Assembly (NCBI GenBank): GCA_965216565.1 | Contig: OZ244170.1 | Location: 1,856,001 to 1,920,000, forward strand | Reading direction: 5' to 3' | Source: Bythopirellula sp. | GTDB taxonomy: Bacteria; Planctomycetota; Planctomycetia; Pirellulales; Lacipirellulaceae | Length of the DNA stretch: 64,000 nt | Shown here: piece after piece, positions 37,666-48,761 of the stretch | Numbering within the stretch: the stretch's first letter is position 1 | Layout: the number at the start of each line of letters is the position of its first letter | Program-made: the position numbers and the translations under genes | Notes under the pieces: model-generated | Told to the model about the DNA's origin: nothing | The model's database searches: none | What the model saw: the letters and a program-made list of their open reading frames with translations, nothing else

Positions 37666-38646
37666 ATGACTATGGACCTTTTCAGCACATCTTTTCCATT
37701 CCCAGGATACTTGACCGACACCATGGCACTGGCGGCCGTGGCCTTGTTGGGTTATCTCTTTGGCCATCGTACGCGGAAGCCTGCCGAGGCTATCGGAGAA
37801 AACAAAGTAACCGAGCAACTAAATCGCGCCGTGCGGATTGCGATCGACTTGCAAGATGTCACTGAAAAGATTCGCAAAGAACTTGCAAAGCATCAGTCCG
37901 ATGTTTCGCGATTTCACTCGCGTGTAGAGGCAGCCACGCAACTAGATGCGGATAAGGCTTGGAACTCACTCACGGGCGAAGCCGAGTCGTTGCTCGGTCC
38001 CACGCTCAATCTCTCCACGCACTTATCCGCGGCCTATGACCAACTACGACAGCACTCTGCCGAGCTAATGAACTTTGCCGGCTCGCGCACAGATGCCGAG
38101 ACGGGCGTTGGCAATCGCCGGGCTCTTGACGAACACTTGGCTACACAATTCATTTCCTTCGAGTTGAGCAAGCATCGCTTCTCGCTGGCTATGTTCAGTA
38201 TTTCGCCAGAGTCTGACAATCCTATGGATGAAGCCCAGCTTTCCGAACTACGGGTTCAGTTTGCCAAGTTGGTTGACCATACTGCTCGCGATACCGACTT
38301 TGTTGCTCGTTACAGCGACGACGAATTCGCCGTTTTGATGTCCCACACGACGCTCGCCGGTGCCACCGTTTTTAGCGAACGCCTCATGCGATTGGTCGAA
38401 GTGAATCTAAACTGCGTGATTAGCGGTGGCTTGGCTGAAATCCTAAAAGACGACGACAGCGAGAAGCTGTTCAGCCGCGTCGATTCGGCCCTCTACAGTG
38501 CGCGGAGCAACGGGCGAAATTGCCTATTCATGCACAACGGCAGAACACTCCGGCAGTTGAATTCTGGTGGGGACATTCATCCAGTGCAGTCCCTGCCGGA
38601 ATGGACGGAAGCAACTGAAGAGCCTAAGGAAACTGTTAAATCCTGA
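37666..38646 (+). CDS. Membrane-anchored GGDEF-domain protein with degenerate active site
   Basis: N-terminal TM, coiled coil, TDAETGVGNRRA, RDTDFVARYSDDEF, DSALYSAR..GRN. Confidence 0.9.
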   Translation: MTMDLFSTSFPFPGYLTDTMALAAVALLGYLFGHRTRKPAEAIGENKVTEQLNRAVRIAIDLQDVTEKIRKELAKHQSDVSRFHSRVEAATQLDADKAWNSLTGEAESLLGPTLNLSTHLSAAYDQLRQHSAELMNFAGSRTDAETGVGNRRALDEHLATQFISFELSKHRFSLAMFSISPESDNPMDEAQLSELRVQFAKLVDHTARDTDFVARYSDDEFAVLMSHTTLAGATVFSERLMRLVEVNLNCVISGGLAEILKDDDSEKLFSRVDSALYSARSNGRNCLFMHNGRTLRQLNSGGDIHPVQSLPEWTEATEEPKETVKS

Positions 38647-38789
38647 GGCCAGAGGTGGCGGGATTCTTCTGCCCGCAGGTCCATCGCACGAGCTTCTGAA
38701 TCTGGGCTCTTAGGTGGGGACCAGCTATCTAATTCGACGAAGATCCCCTCGGGTCAAACGAGCTTTTTGGTCGAAAAAACTAGTCCAAG

Positions 38790-38819
38790 TTGACTCTTAA
38801 GGCCCCAATCACTTACGAT
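38790..38819 (+). promoter_or_regulatory. Sigma70-like promoter
   Basis: TTGACT-N18-TACGAT, about 190 nt upstream of the 39008 ATG. Confidence 0.5.
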
Positions 38820-39007
38820 GGGGTTGTTAGGAAAAAGGCCTATTCAACCAGTTTGAAGGGCCCTATCCCGCCACGTTTAAAGCGACGTTTGCGAGAGCCC
38901 GTTGTTTCCGTCTGATAACGGCAGAAGGGGGTGGCATTGCGTATGAGATTCAAACGCGATTAGCCTCAGACTTCGCAGATTCGCTTCCAGTTAATAAGGA
39001 GATCGCC

Positions 39008-39331
39008 ATGCCGCTATTCGAAATTGAAACAGACAGTCACATCATCATCACCTGGGCAAGCGATAGTGATGGTGCAACGGCCGTCGTCACCGATGCCTAT
39101 CCCACCGATTCGGTCATTCGCCTCACCAAGCGACCGCGAGATACGTGGGTCATTTCGAAAACAGCCTTGGGTCTTACAGGCCAACTCGATCCTTGTAACA
39201 CAGCTCGGGATTGCCTCTCGAAGGCAGAGGGCGACAAAGTACACGCCATTCGTCTCTACATGCACGAAACGGGCGTCGATTTGGAGCAAGCCAGGAAGGC
39301 CATCGAATCGAATATGGTCATGGGTTGGTAG
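39008..39331 (+). CDS. Conserved planctomycete-type hypothetical protein
   Basis: Strong RBS TAAGGAG; 107-aa globular-looking ORF. Confidence 0.85.
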   Translation: MPLFEIETDSHIIITWASDSDGATAVVTDAYPTDSVIRLTKRPRDTWVISKTALGLTGQLDPCNTARDCLSKAEGDKVHAIRLYMHETGVDLEQARKAIESNMVMGW

Positions 39332-39412
39332 GTTAGCCAACCTAGACCTTTACCAACACTGCGCTCGCACATAGCGGAGCTTGCGAGCCGTGGCGTTTAC
39401 GCCGACGGTTCT

Positions 39413-40492
39413 CTACCAATAACGTTGGCCTGGCTGCGTGCTGCCGGGCGTGGCCACATTGGGCACTGAGTTCTCTTTGGATGAGCTTGCAGAATCCTCA
39501 GGCCGACTGGCAATCTCGAACGCCGGCTGAGATGGCATGGAATTCGGATAACTGCTCGTGCCGCCTGGCCGATAGGTACCACCCGTGGCTGCCGTCTGAG
39601 TTACCGGCGACTGAGCGTTTGCCATTCCCGGTACTGCAGATGGCGCGTTGCTCGCGGCTGGAATGCCGGGAGCAGTATTCTGAACGTATCGGCTGCCTAA
39701 ACCTCCAGATGTAGTTTGCGTAGGAGTAGCACTCGGTGTAGTCGGAGATGCCGGGATGGTTCCAATTGCGAAACTATCCGAACTTGCAGAAGCACTCTTA
39801 GCGAGATCGCTTGTCTTGGGTGGCACCGTAGTGGCAGCCGTCGCATTTCCGTATCGATTGCCGAGGCTCGTGTTCCCGGCAGTCGTACTCATCGGCGAAC
39901 TAGCTGTAGCTGGTGGAGCTGTTGCCATGCTACTTGGGGCAGGAGCGGCCACACTGGTTGTGGCTGGGTATGTGGGAGCTGCGTTTGACGTCGCAGGGGC
40001 CGAACCTAAACCGGCGACGGACCCGTAGCGATCTGAACTAGGCTTCGGCGCGGCGACAGACGCTACGCTTTGTGCTGGAGGTGGCACCGAATTGGGATTG
40101 TAAGGCATTGCCGTCGGACTCGAACTCAAACTCGAAGAGCTGGCGGTTGGAGTAGTAGGAGCGGCAGGGGCTGCTGCAACCTGTGCTGGACTGGCAGCCG
40201 GCTTAAACGGCGGAGCCGAAGTCGTGGGATAAACGGAAGGACTCACACCAGGAGCACCTGTAGAAACATAGGGTGCTGCAGCGGTCGCGGGAGTCTTAGT
40301 GATCACCGGGCTCTCCGTTTGCAGAGCCACTTCAGAGGGCAGGGCGGGTGCCGAGTGCGCTACGGCGGTTGAGTCTGCGGACTCATTCTTACTGGCAGTT
40401 TTCCACCAGGTAAGCGAAGGCATCGACTTACATCCGACTGCGCTAATCGCGACTAAGACGGCCAGAGTAACGCTAATTTTCATTCCACGCAT
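39413..40492 (-). CDS. Ser/Ala/Pro/Thr-rich low-complexity lipoprotein
   Basis: Lipobox SAVGC; long disordered region; YRPGGTS near the C-terminus. Confidence 0.85.
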   Translation of the reverse strand: MRGMKISVTLAVLVAISAVGCKSMPSLTWWKTASKNESADSTAVAHSAPALPSEVALQTESPVITKTPATAAAPYVSTGAPGVSPSVYPTTSAPPFKPAASPAQVAAAPAAPTTPTASSSSLSSSPTAMPYNPNSVPPPAQSVASVAAPKPSSDRYGSVAGLGSAPATSNAAPTYPATTSVAAPAPSSMATAPPATASSPMSTTAGNTSLGNRYGNATAATTVPPKTSDLAKSASASSDSFAIGTIPASPTTPSATPTQTTSGGLGSRYVQNTAPGIPAASNAPSAVPGMANAQSPVTQTAATGGTYRPGGTSSYPNSMPSQPAFEIASRPEDSASSSKENSVPNVATPGSTQPGQRYW

Positions 40493-40945
40493 GGCTTCCG
40501 TGCCCTTGAGGATTTAGACCCAACTGTTTGGTCGAAGTGCTCTGCATCCTGCAGAGTCTCCTGAAAAGTCATTATCGCATCGAGTCGATGCGGAGAGGCT
40601 TCGCAAACCGCAAAAGCCCTACCTTCGTTGTATTTTGTCGGCAGCACGAGGGCAGCGAGAACACAAAAATTGTGCCAATATCTTCCCCTAGGCCCCAACA
40701 AAACGCAGCGGGATTATACTAGCACCCCTTGCGCGGTCAACATCACTGCGGCGGGGTGCTAGCGTTCGATCTGCAAGATGCCGTGACGATGCCAGCAGGT
40801 GTAGCATGATGGCGGCTAGCGCTATTGGTGGCCAAATAGCCGGATCGCCACTGTTTACCCGTCGTGGTGGGCGAGCCAAGGCAGGCCGGAGGCAAGTGTG
40901 CCTCCGGCTATCCAGGGAATAATTGCCGCCATGCGTTGCAAAGGT

Positions 40946-41557
40946 TTAAGACTTTGCTTGGCTGTATCGCTCGGCTACCGCACTCCAATCAATCACATTG
41001 AAGAAGGCAGAGACATAGTCGGGTCGGCGATTCTGGTAATTCAAATAGTAGGCATGTTCCCAGACGTCCAATCCCAAGATCGGAGTGCTACCAGACATGT
41101 AGGGATTGTCTTGGTTCGGGGTGCTATCAACGACTAGCTTGCCAGAGGAATCGACACTCAACCAGGCCCAGCCGCTACCAAAGCGGGTGGCTGCTGCATT
41201 GCTGAAGGCTTCTTTGAAGGTGTCGAAGCCGCCCAACTCGTTGTCGATGGCAGTTGCCAGATCGCCACTTGGATTCCCTCCACCGTTGGGGCTCATCACG
41301 GTCCAAAACAGCGAATGGTTGGCATGCCCGCCACCGTTGTTTCGCACAGCGGTGCGAATTTTCTCAGGCACGGAGTCAATGTTTCGGCAGAGGTCTTCAA
41401 TGGATTGCTCAGCAACACCCGCTCCCTCAAGAGCGTCATTCACCTTGGTCACGTAGGCATTGTGGTGCTTATCGTGATGAATCTCCATTGTCTTGGCATC
41501 GATGTGGGGCTCCAAGGCATCCTTGGCGTACGGCAAATCGGGGAGTGAATAGGCCAT
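40946..41557 (-). CDS. sodA: Superoxide dismutase, Mn-type
   Basis: [36 protein letters not shown]. Confidence 0.97.
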   Translation of the reverse strand: MAYSLPDLPYAKDALEPHIDAKTMEIHHDKHHNAYVTKVNDALEGAGVAEQSIEDLCRNIDSVPEKIRTAVRNNGGGHANHSLFWTVMSPNGGGNPSGDLATAIDNELGGFDTFKEAFSNAAATRFGSGWAWLSVDSSGKLVVDSTPNQDNPYMSGSTPILGLDVWEHAYYLNYQNRRPDYVSAFFNVIDWSAVAERYSQAKS

Positions 41558-41657
41558 CGTCCTGTTCTCCTTAATTGGTCTATGGGGTACGTGATTGGCT
41601 GCTCAGCAATCGATACGAAGGCCAGTCCGTGAAGACGAATCGGCATCTGCATCATTC

Positions 41658-41759
41658 GGGAGTCGAGGAAAAATAACTTCTCCTCGGTCCCTCGCCCCTC
41701 TGGGGAGAGGGTAGGGTGAGGGGATAATCAAATAGGAAAGTTATTTTTCCTCGATTCCC
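41658..41759. repeat. Composite palindromic element (MITE/REPIN-like), copy 1
   Basis: 22-nt terminal inverted repeat gggagtcgaggaaaaataactt / aagttatttttcctcgattccc enclosing ccctcgcccctctggggagagggtagggtgagggg. Confidence 0.85.
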
Positions 41760-41883
41760 CGGCAGCCTCATCCGCGGGCTGTCACAGCAGCAGTTCAAGA
41801 TATCCCAAGAGAGGCTCAGTGGCAATTGGCCCTGAACGTTTCGGAGACGGGTAGCGACAAAATGTCGGGAGAATTTTGCTTGG

Positions 41884-42165
41884 TTACGATAAGCCTTGGG
41901 CGGCTTGATCTAGCAGCTTCTTGAGCTGGCGACGTTGCGTCTCGAGTTGATCAAGCTGCTCTGTCACGCTGGCAACCACTTCCGAATAGGTCAGTGGCTG
42001 AGAATCTGCGTCGGTTAGGGGCTGATCGACCGAGACGTCGTCGGCAAACACGGCATCGACAGCATCCGCCGGCAATGGCAATACGGTGCGACGCTTTTCG
42101 GCTGGTCTCTCACCAACGGTTCGATTCGCTCGTAGATTTGGTGTTTCGGTGATGTCTTTTCGCAT
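41884..42165 (-). CDS. Small hypothetical protein with C-terminal coiled coil
   Basis: EQLDQLETQRRQLKKLL; start uncertain (42165 or 42204). Confidence 0.6.
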   Translation of the reverse strand: MRKDITETPNLRANRTVGERPAEKRRTVLPLPADAVDAVFADDVSVDQPLTDADSQPLTYSEVVASVTEQLDQLETQRRQLKKLLDQAAQGLS

Positions 42166-42216
42166 GGGAGAGTGCCTTATTCTAAATAACCTGATCTTTT
42201 GCAAATTGAAGGACTA

Positions 42217-44592
42217 CTAGGCAGTTGTCACTGCTACGACGTTTTCCGTATCGATTTCTCCTTGCTCCTTGGCCATGAGGTAGGCCTTGATGCTTTGGAG
42301 AATGAGTCGGGCCCGTTCAGCAGCTTCGAAACGGCGGCGACTACGGCCACTCTTAGGACGAATCTCAACTTCGATCTTTGTTTGGGCATACTGGCCCGTC
42401 GCAAATCCCAGTCCGTTGGAGCGTTCGACATGTTCCTCGCCAAATTGCAAGGCGACTCGATAAGTCACATGCCGATCTCCCTTGCGTCGATTGTGAGCGA
42501 TCGTCTCGCTAGAGACTTCCAGCTCCACCGACTCTTCCCGAGTCGAAATCACTTTGGCGCGATGGTCCGAGACAAAGCCTTTGAGCTTTTCGATTGCCAC
42601 GTCGATAGGAACGGCAGTCGTGAGAGTTGTTTGAACCACAGGTTTGGCCCGCAGGCGACCAAAGTTCCACCACTTCTTAGCAGGTTTTGCTTTTTCCATA
42701 CCATTACCTAATTGGACTACTTGGTTACGCCCTTGTTCCTTGGCCATTAGCAATGCTCGATCGGATCGTCGCAGCATTGTCTCGCAGGTGTCTCCAGCCT
42801 GCAGCTCCGTCACACCAAAACTGGCCGTCAGGCGTTTGTTGCCCAAACAAGCCAAAGGAGTTTCCGCCAACTTCTTGCGGAATTGCTCCGCTCGCTGTGC
42901 CGCGTCGGCGTTGTTGCAATCCGCACACAGCACCGCAAATTCTTCGCCACCGTAGCGAGCCACGATGTCGCCAGTTCGGCAGGTCGTGCTCAGCAGGTTG
43001 GCGAGGGCGATAATCGCTTCGTCGCCAGCCTGATGCCCGTAGGTGTCGTTGATGCTCTTAAAGTGGTCGATGTCGGTCATAATCAAGCTGCAAGGCATTC
43101 CGGCCTGATCATGGGCTTCAATGAACAAAGCCTGCATGCGGTCGAACTCAGCGCGATTAGCCACTTTGGTGAGCGGGTCTCGAGTGACTTCGGCGTGGAG
43201 CGCTTCGCACTTTTCTTCGAGCGAGGCTTCCGGCTGAGCATCGTGCAACAGCACGGTGGCTCCTTGAACGGATCCGTCTAAGCCTTGCACAGGAATGGCA
43301 TGCAAATCGATGGCAACATGCTCCCCCTGACGGCCGAGCATAAACAGTCGTTGCCGAATCTGTGAGTTCGTGCGAATGCTCTTGCCCACGGGGCAGGCGT
43401 CGTCAGAAACCCGCCGGCTCAGCTCGTTGCACATGTCGAGCAAACTTGGTGCGAATGCACGACCTAGTGCAGCGCTGCTGCTCACACCTGTCATCCGCTC
43501 CGCACCTTTGCTCCACATGCAGATTTTTGCTTGCGTATCGACAAAGATCACACCATCTCGCATCGAATCGAGTAGCTTTTGCTCAAACAGCGATCGTGGA
43601 TCCTGGCCGGACTCGACTTTGGTGACGAGCGACTTCGCATCAAACTCCCAGGGCAGCCCCGAGCTACTGTTGCTCAGTTCGCTCAGCCACCTGGCTGCAA
43701 CTTGGCTCGATAGCAAATCTTGTCTCTGGCTCAATGCATCAACGAATTGCTTCACCAGTTCTGGATCGAATTGCTTGCCTGCGTACTCGAACAATTCGCT
43801 AATTGCCTTTTCGCGCGGCTTGGCAGGGCGGTGAATTTGGTCGATTGTCATCGAGTCGAAGGCGTTCACGATTGCGATCATTCGTGCTTCGAGGGGGATG
43901 TCTTTCCCCTTAGCAGGGAGATCGCTGTTTTGTCCATCAAAGCGAACACTCGCGTAGTTCACGGCATTCAATAGTCTCTCGCTACTACAACAACTCGAGA
44001 GAATATCTAAGCCAATCTGACGGTGTTGGCTAAAGGTAACCATCTCCTCGGTATTCAACCGGCTCGGTTTCAGCAGCACGCCATCGGGAAGTCCAATCTT
44101 GCCGACGTCATGTAACAACGCCGCAAGCTCCAGGATGTCGCGTGTTTCGTCGTCGAGCTTTGAGAAAGACGCCCAACTGCTGCAGCCGAGTGCGACTCGC
44201 AAACTGTGTTCCGCTGTTGGGGCATGCTTATGTTTGAGTGCAGTAAACAGGCTGTTGGCAATTCCCAAGCGGACTTGAGTCAACTTATTGTCGTGCCGTT
44301 GCTTATCGGAATCAGCAGCAGTTGCGGGACGAGCCGACAATCCGCTCTCCGAAGCGGCCTCTTCCAGGGCACCCAACAGCATGCTGATTTCCGCCACGCG
44401 ACTCTCGGTGGCCGACTTTCGCGTGGAGTTCTCCGGGGCCACGGCTTCTGGAGGCGCAGGCTTTGGTGTCACCGCTTCCGTGGCGGCTTCCGATGTTGCC
44501 GGTGGCTGGGTAACCGAGGCATTTGAGTCCTCAGTAGGATTGGCAGCAAGATTGGCGGGTTGGTTGCTCATGGGGGAATCAATAGCCGTCAA
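42217..44592 (-). CDS. Diguanylate cyclase with degenerate HD-GYP, PAS and GGDEF domains
   Basis: LHDVGKIG; PAS (DGVIFVD...WSKGAERMTG); DIDHFKSINDTYGHQAGD, RTGD I-site, RYGGEEF. Confidence 0.93.
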   Translation of the reverse strand: MTAIDSPMSNQPANLAANPTEDSNASVTQPPATSEAATEAVTPKPAPPEAVAPENSTRKSATESRVAEISMLLGALEEAASESGLSARPATAADSDKQRHDNKLTQVRLGIANSLFTALKHKHAPTAEHSLRVALGCSSWASFSKLDDETRDILELAALLHDVGKIGLPDGVLLKPSRLNTEEMVTFSQHRQIGLDILSSCCSSERLLNAVNYASVRFDGQNSDLPAKGKDIPLEARMIAIVNAFDSMTIDQIHRPAKPREKAISELFEYAGKQFDPELVKQFVDALSQRQDLLSSQVAARWLSELSNSSSGLPWEFDAKSLVTKVESGQDPRSLFEQKLLDSMRDGVIFVDTQAKICMWSKGAERMTGVSSSAALGRAFAPSLLDMCNELSRRVSDDACPVGKSIRTNSQIRQRLFMLGRQGEHVAIDLHAIPVQGLDGSVQGATVLLHDAQPEASLEEKCEALHAEVTRDPLTKVANRAEFDRMQALFIEAHDQAGMPCSLIMTDIDHFKSINDTYGHQAGDEAIIALANLLSTTCRTGDIVARYGGEEFAVLCADCNNADAAQRAEQFRKKLAETPLACLGNKRLTASFGVTELQAGDTCETMLRRSDRALLMAKEQGRNQVVQLGNGMEKAKPAKKWWNFGRLRAKPVVQTTLTTAVPIDVAIEKLKGFVSDHRAKVISTREESVELEVSSETIAHNRRKGDRHVTYRVALQFGEEHVERSNGLGFATGQYAQTKIEVEIRPKSGRSRRRFEAAERARLILQSIKAYLMAKEQGEIDTENVVAVTTA

Positions 44593-44869
44593 GAATGTGT
44601 TGTTTGGTGTCCAGAGCCTAAGCGCAGTTCTTGGAGTAGAACTCCTATGTTGAAAACGTAGGTCACCGATGGCACCTCAGCAAACAACCTCTACCTCATT
44701 CCGCTCAGTAAGTGCGCAAACCGGCACAACCGTCACAGTCCGAACCATTGCTTGTCATACGCACCGAGCTGGAGTAGCTTGAAGACTCGAAGATTGGGCG
44801 ATAGACCAGTCGAGGTATGAGTGAGAGCACTCATAAATAGATTTCCAAAATCCCCCCAAAAGGCCGACC

Positions 44870-45745
44870 ATGAAACTCGTCACCTACCAAAGCGATACGG
44901 GCCCCAGATCTGGGGTGGTTTCCAGGGAAGATGGCGATTCATTCCACGTTGTCGATCTGAACCATGCCGATTCCGATTTGCCGACTTCTCTCAAGGAGCT
45001 ACTCGAATCGGGCGAGTCGGCCCTCAGGAGAGTTCAGAAGGCTCTCGACAAGAGCTCGAAACCTGCGGTGGAAAATCCGGCACTACTTCCAGTGATACCC
45101 GATCCCCAGAAAATCATTTGTGTGGGTCTGAACTACGCCGACCATGCTGCCGAGACCGGAGCCAAGGTCGGGGACGAACCGGTGATCTTCAACAAATTCC
45201 CCAGCACATTGCGAGGCCACGAACAAACGATCGAGCTGCCTGCCGTTAGTGCTCAGGTCGACTACGAAGCGGAGTTGGTCGTTGTCATTGGAAGCAAAGC
45301 CAAGAATGTTCGGACGGTGGATTCTCGCAGCCACATCGCTGGCTATTGTTGTGGCCACGACGTTTCCGCCCGAGATTGGCAAAAAGGAAAGCCCGGCAAA
45401 CAATGGCTCTTGGGCAAGAGCTTCGATACCTTTGCCCCATTAGGCCCATGGCTGGTAACGGCCGACGAAATTGCCGAACCCGAGAGTCTCAGCATTCAAA
45501 TGCGTCTCAATGGGAAGGTGATGCAAAGCTCCAGCACCAAGGAGCTGATTTTCAAGCTTGATTTTCTCGTCTCCTACCTCTCGTCGGTCTGCACACTATT
45601 GCCGGGCGATCTGATCTATACCGGCACGCCACCGGGCGTCGGGATGGCACGCACGCCCCCTGTTTTCTTGAAGCCGGGCGACATTGTCGAAGTCGAAGTC
45701 GAGCAGCTCGGCGTGCTTCGTAACGCAGTAGTCGCGGCCTCTTGA
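44870..45745 (+). CDS. Fumarylacetoacetate hydrolase family protein
   Basis: KIICVGLNYADH, DYEAEL, DVSARDWQ, GKSFDTF, TGTPPGVG. Confidence 0.95.
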   Translation: MKLVTYQSDTGPRSGVVSREDGDSFHVVDLNHADSDLPTSLKELLESGESALRRVQKALDKSSKPAVENPALLPVIPDPQKIICVGLNYADHAAETGAKVGDEPVIFNKFPSTLRGHEQTIELPAVSAQVDYEAELVVVIGSKAKNVRTVDSRSHIAGYCCGHDVSARDWQKGKPGKQWLLGKSFDTFAPLGPWLVTADEIAEPESLSIQMRLNGKVMQSSSTKELIFKLDFLVSYLSSVCTLLPGDLIYTGTPPGVGMARTPPVFLKPGDIVEVEVEQLGVLRNAVVAAS

Positions 45746-45945
45746 ACTGCCAGTCAGTCATAGATTTCCTGCCTGATAAATCTTACCTAGCCAGAACAAC
45801 CCTAGAGCCGCAGGCTAAGCAACGGTTGTTTGGCTCGATCTGCCGATGCCGATTATGCGGATACGTCTGCTAGCCGGTCTGCCCCATGCTAGCAGACCTG
45901 GCAGATTTTGATTGCTCAATGATTTCTAAGTAGTCCCACACAACT

Positions 45946-47034
45946 ATGCCAAATAACAACACTCGCAACGGACGTCGGCGTCGCGTCTTGAACGAAGAAG
46001 TTCTCTCAGCAAGTGCTTTGGGCATCTCTGCCCGTAGTCGCGAGGAAGATTCGATCTCTCCTGGAGATACGCCGCGCTACGGGGTTGGGGCGAATATCGA
46101 GAACCATCCGCAAATCACCGACTACGTTCCGCGACGTTTTCGGATGATCTTTCTCGGGCTCTTTGTTGCCCTCGGGCTCGGTGCCTTCGGAGAGCTCGTG
46201 GCACTCAAGGCTGGCACTCTCAGCGAAGTGCTACCCGTTATTTCTGCTGAGCAGCTCACAGCAAAAGTCTCTGCTGGCCTCATCGCCTGGACTTCAGCCG
46301 TCGCCTTGCTCGTTGCCGCCTGTTATGCGCGGCTTGTCTACTCGTTGCGTCGCCATCGTGTCGACGACAATCGCGGTCGGTATCGCGTGTGGCGTTGGTC
46401 CGCAGCTCTGGCGGTCCTTCTGAGCCTGAATGCAGTGCTGGACGCCCATACCTTCATCGCGCAGGGGCTGGGCTTCGCAACTGGATGGAGCATTCTGGCC
46501 AACCATGCTCTTTGGTGGCTTGTGCCGGTATCCCTCTTGGGTGGCTGGCTGATGATGAAACTAATCATCGAAGTCAGCGAATGTCGTGCGGCTCTCTGCA
46601 CCTATCTACTGGCAGCGACTTCTCTGGTTGTTGCCGCCCTGGCAAATGTGTGGTCTCCCGCCTGGGCTGCGAGCTACCAAGATTCGCTCCTGCGAATCTC
46701 ACCACTATTGGGCGACATTCTGTTAATGGTCGGCACACTACTGTTTGCCCGCTACGTGGTGCTCGATGTGCAAGGACTCATCGAGCATGCCGAGCCATCG
46801 GCTTCCCCTAGTCCCAGCCTCTCTGTTGCCAGCACCAAGGACGTCGAAACTCCTCAGATCAACCAAACCGAGATGCGAGAGGTTGCCGAGGCGATGCCCG
46901 CAGCCAAACAGGAGAGTGCCTGGGTCGACGGCAGTGAACCAGAGCACGAAGACGACTACTCGGACGGTCGACGACTGAGTAAGGCTGAACGCAAGCGACT
47001 CCGCAAACAGAAGAACCGCAACCGGGCTGCGTAA
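45946..47034 (+). CDS. Hypothetical multi-pass membrane protein
   Basis: About 6 TM segments; basic C-terminal LSKAERKRLRKQK. Confidence 0.85.
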   Translation: MPNNNTRNGRRRRVLNEEVLSASALGISARSREEDSISPGDTPRYGVGANIENHPQITDYVPRRFRMIFLGLFVALGLGAFGELVALKAGTLSEVLPVISAEQLTAKVSAGLIAWTSAVALLVAACYARLVYSLRRHRVDDNRGRYRVWRWSAALAVLLSLNAVLDAHTFIAQGLGFATGWSILANHALWWLVPVSLLGGWLMMKLIIEVSECRAALCTYLLAATSLVVAALANVWSPAWAASYQDSLLRISPLLGDILLMVGTLLFARYVVLDVQGLIEHAEPSASPSPSLSVASTKDVETPQINQTEMREVAEAMPAAKQESAWVDGSEPEHEDDYSDGRRLSKAERKRLRKQKNRNRAA

Positions 47035-47173
47035 AGAGCATACGATGAACCCGAGAGCAGTCTGCCTCAGGGGGACTTCCATTCTACAGCCGCCAGCTTC
47101 CCCCGTAGACAACTCCCGTGGAATCGGCCATCATTCCGCTTAGATATTCTTGTTCTCGGAAGGTAAGCCCCAT

Positions 47174-48736
47174 ATGTCCGTACGCACCCGTTTTGCTCCC
47201 AGTCCCACTGGCTATTTGCACATTGGTGGTGTGCGTACTGCTTTATTCAATTGGTTGTTTGCCAAAGGGCAGGGGGGGCAGTTTATTCTACGGGTGGACG
47301 ACACCGACCAGCAGCGCAACGTCCAGGAAGCGCTCGAACCCATTCTAAATGGCTTCCGCTGGCTGGGGCTCGATTGGGACGAAGGGCCCGAGGTTGGCGG
47401 TCCGCACGGCTCCTATTTCCAATCGCAGCGAGACGACAAGTACCGCGCAGCAGTCGAGCAGCTTCTAGCATCCGGGGCCGCCTATCGCGATTTTGCCTCG
47501 ACCGATGAAGTCCAAGCCGAGCGGGAAGCGGCACAAAAAGAAGGCCAGCAGTTCACCTACAGCCGACGCTGGATGGCGGAATCAGACGAAGACGTCGCTC
47601 GATTCGAAGCAGAAGGTCGACAAGGACTCGTGCGGTTGAAAATGCCTCGCGACGGTGAGTACGTCCACCAAGACCTGGTCCGCGGCGAAGTCCGATTCGA
47701 CTGGACCCGCGAGCAAGACCACGTCATCCAACGAGCCGATGGCTCGTGCCTCTACCACCTCGCCACGGTGGTTGACGATTACGACATGCAGATCTCCCAC
47801 GTGATCCGCGCCGAAGAGCATCTCTCCAACACGCCCCGACAAGTGTTTATTGCTCAACAGTTGGGCTACGAACTCCCACAGTTCGCGCATTTACCCTACG
47901 TCGCCGAGCCCGGGAGCAAAAACAAGCTGAGCAAGCGCAAGCTCGACAAGTACTTAAAGAATCGCGATTTCGCGGGACTCAAGAATCACGGCCAAACAAT
48001 CGCTGACCGACTTGGCATGGAGGTCGACGCCGAGACGTTTAATCCGGTGATCGTCGATTTCTACGAGCAGGTTGGCTTTCTGCCCGACGCCATTCTCAAC
48101 TATTTATTGCTACTGGGCTGGTCTCTTGACGATCAGACCGAAGAGTTTACTCGCGAAGAAATGCTGGAACACTTTTCTCTGGAACGAGTCAACAAAGCCC
48201 CGGCGAGCTTCGATCCACAAAAGCTCTTGGCATTTCAAGATCGGGCCATGCAACATTTGCCTACCAAGCAGAAAGTGGCCAAGGTATTGCCTTTCTTACA
48301 ACAAGCCGGCTATGTCGACGACCCGCCGTCCTGCGACACGGCACCCTATCTGTCACAAATTGTCGAAGCGGCAGGCGATCGTATCAAGGTGGCTGGCGAT
48401 ATCCTCGACTATACCGACTTCTACACTGCAGACGACAAATTGGAGTACGACGAAAAGGCAATCCAAAAACGGCTTCGTAAACCAGAGAATGCCAAGGAGC
48501 TACTCAAAGAGTTTCGCGACAGGTTGGAGGCGACCGAACCCTACGACGCCGAGAATCTAGAACGCGAACTAAAAGCTTTTGTCGCTGAGAAAGAAATCAA
48601 AATCGGGCTAATCGTGAATGCGACACGCGTAGCAGTCACCGGCAAAGCTGTTGGTTTTGGCCTATTCGAGACGCTGGCCATCCTAGGACGCGAACGATGC
48701 CTCGCCCGTATCGATCAGGCACTCAACATAGAATAG
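47174..48736 (+). CDS. gltX: Glutamate--tRNA ligase
   Basis: [23 protein letters not shown]-terminal anticodon-binding domain. Confidence 0.97.
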   Translation: MSVRTRFAPSPTGYLHIGGVRTALFNWLFAKGQGGQFILRVDDTDQQRNVQEALEPILNGFRWLGLDWDEGPEVGGPHGSYFQSQRDDKYRAAVEQLLASGAAYRDFASTDEVQAEREAAQKEGQQFTYSRRWMAESDEDVARFEAEGRQGLVRLKMPRDGEYVHQDLVRGEVRFDWTREQDHVIQRADGSCLYHLATVVDDYDMQISHVIRAEEHLSNTPRQVFIAQQLGYELPQFAHLPYVAEPGSKNKLSKRKLDKYLKNRDFAGLKNHGQTIADRLGMEVDAETFNPVIVDFYEQVGFLPDAILNYLLLLGWSLDDQTEEFTREEMLEHFSLERVNKAPASFDPQKLLAFQDRAMQHLPTKQKVAKVLPFLQQAGYVDDPPSCDTAPYLSQIVEAAGDRIKVAGDILDYTDFYTADDKLEYDEKAIQKRLRKPENAKELLKEFRDRLEATEPYDAENLERELKAFVAEKEIKIGLIVNATRVAVTGKAVGFGLFETLAILGRERCLARIDQALNIE

Positions 48737-48761
48737 CCGCGAATGGATAGCTCGCCGAAAC

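Noticed and set aside
44593..44869. c-di-GMP riboswitch upstream of the diguanylate cyclase
   Set aside because: GCAAA words lie on the opposite strand and lack the required paired stems and GNRA loop.
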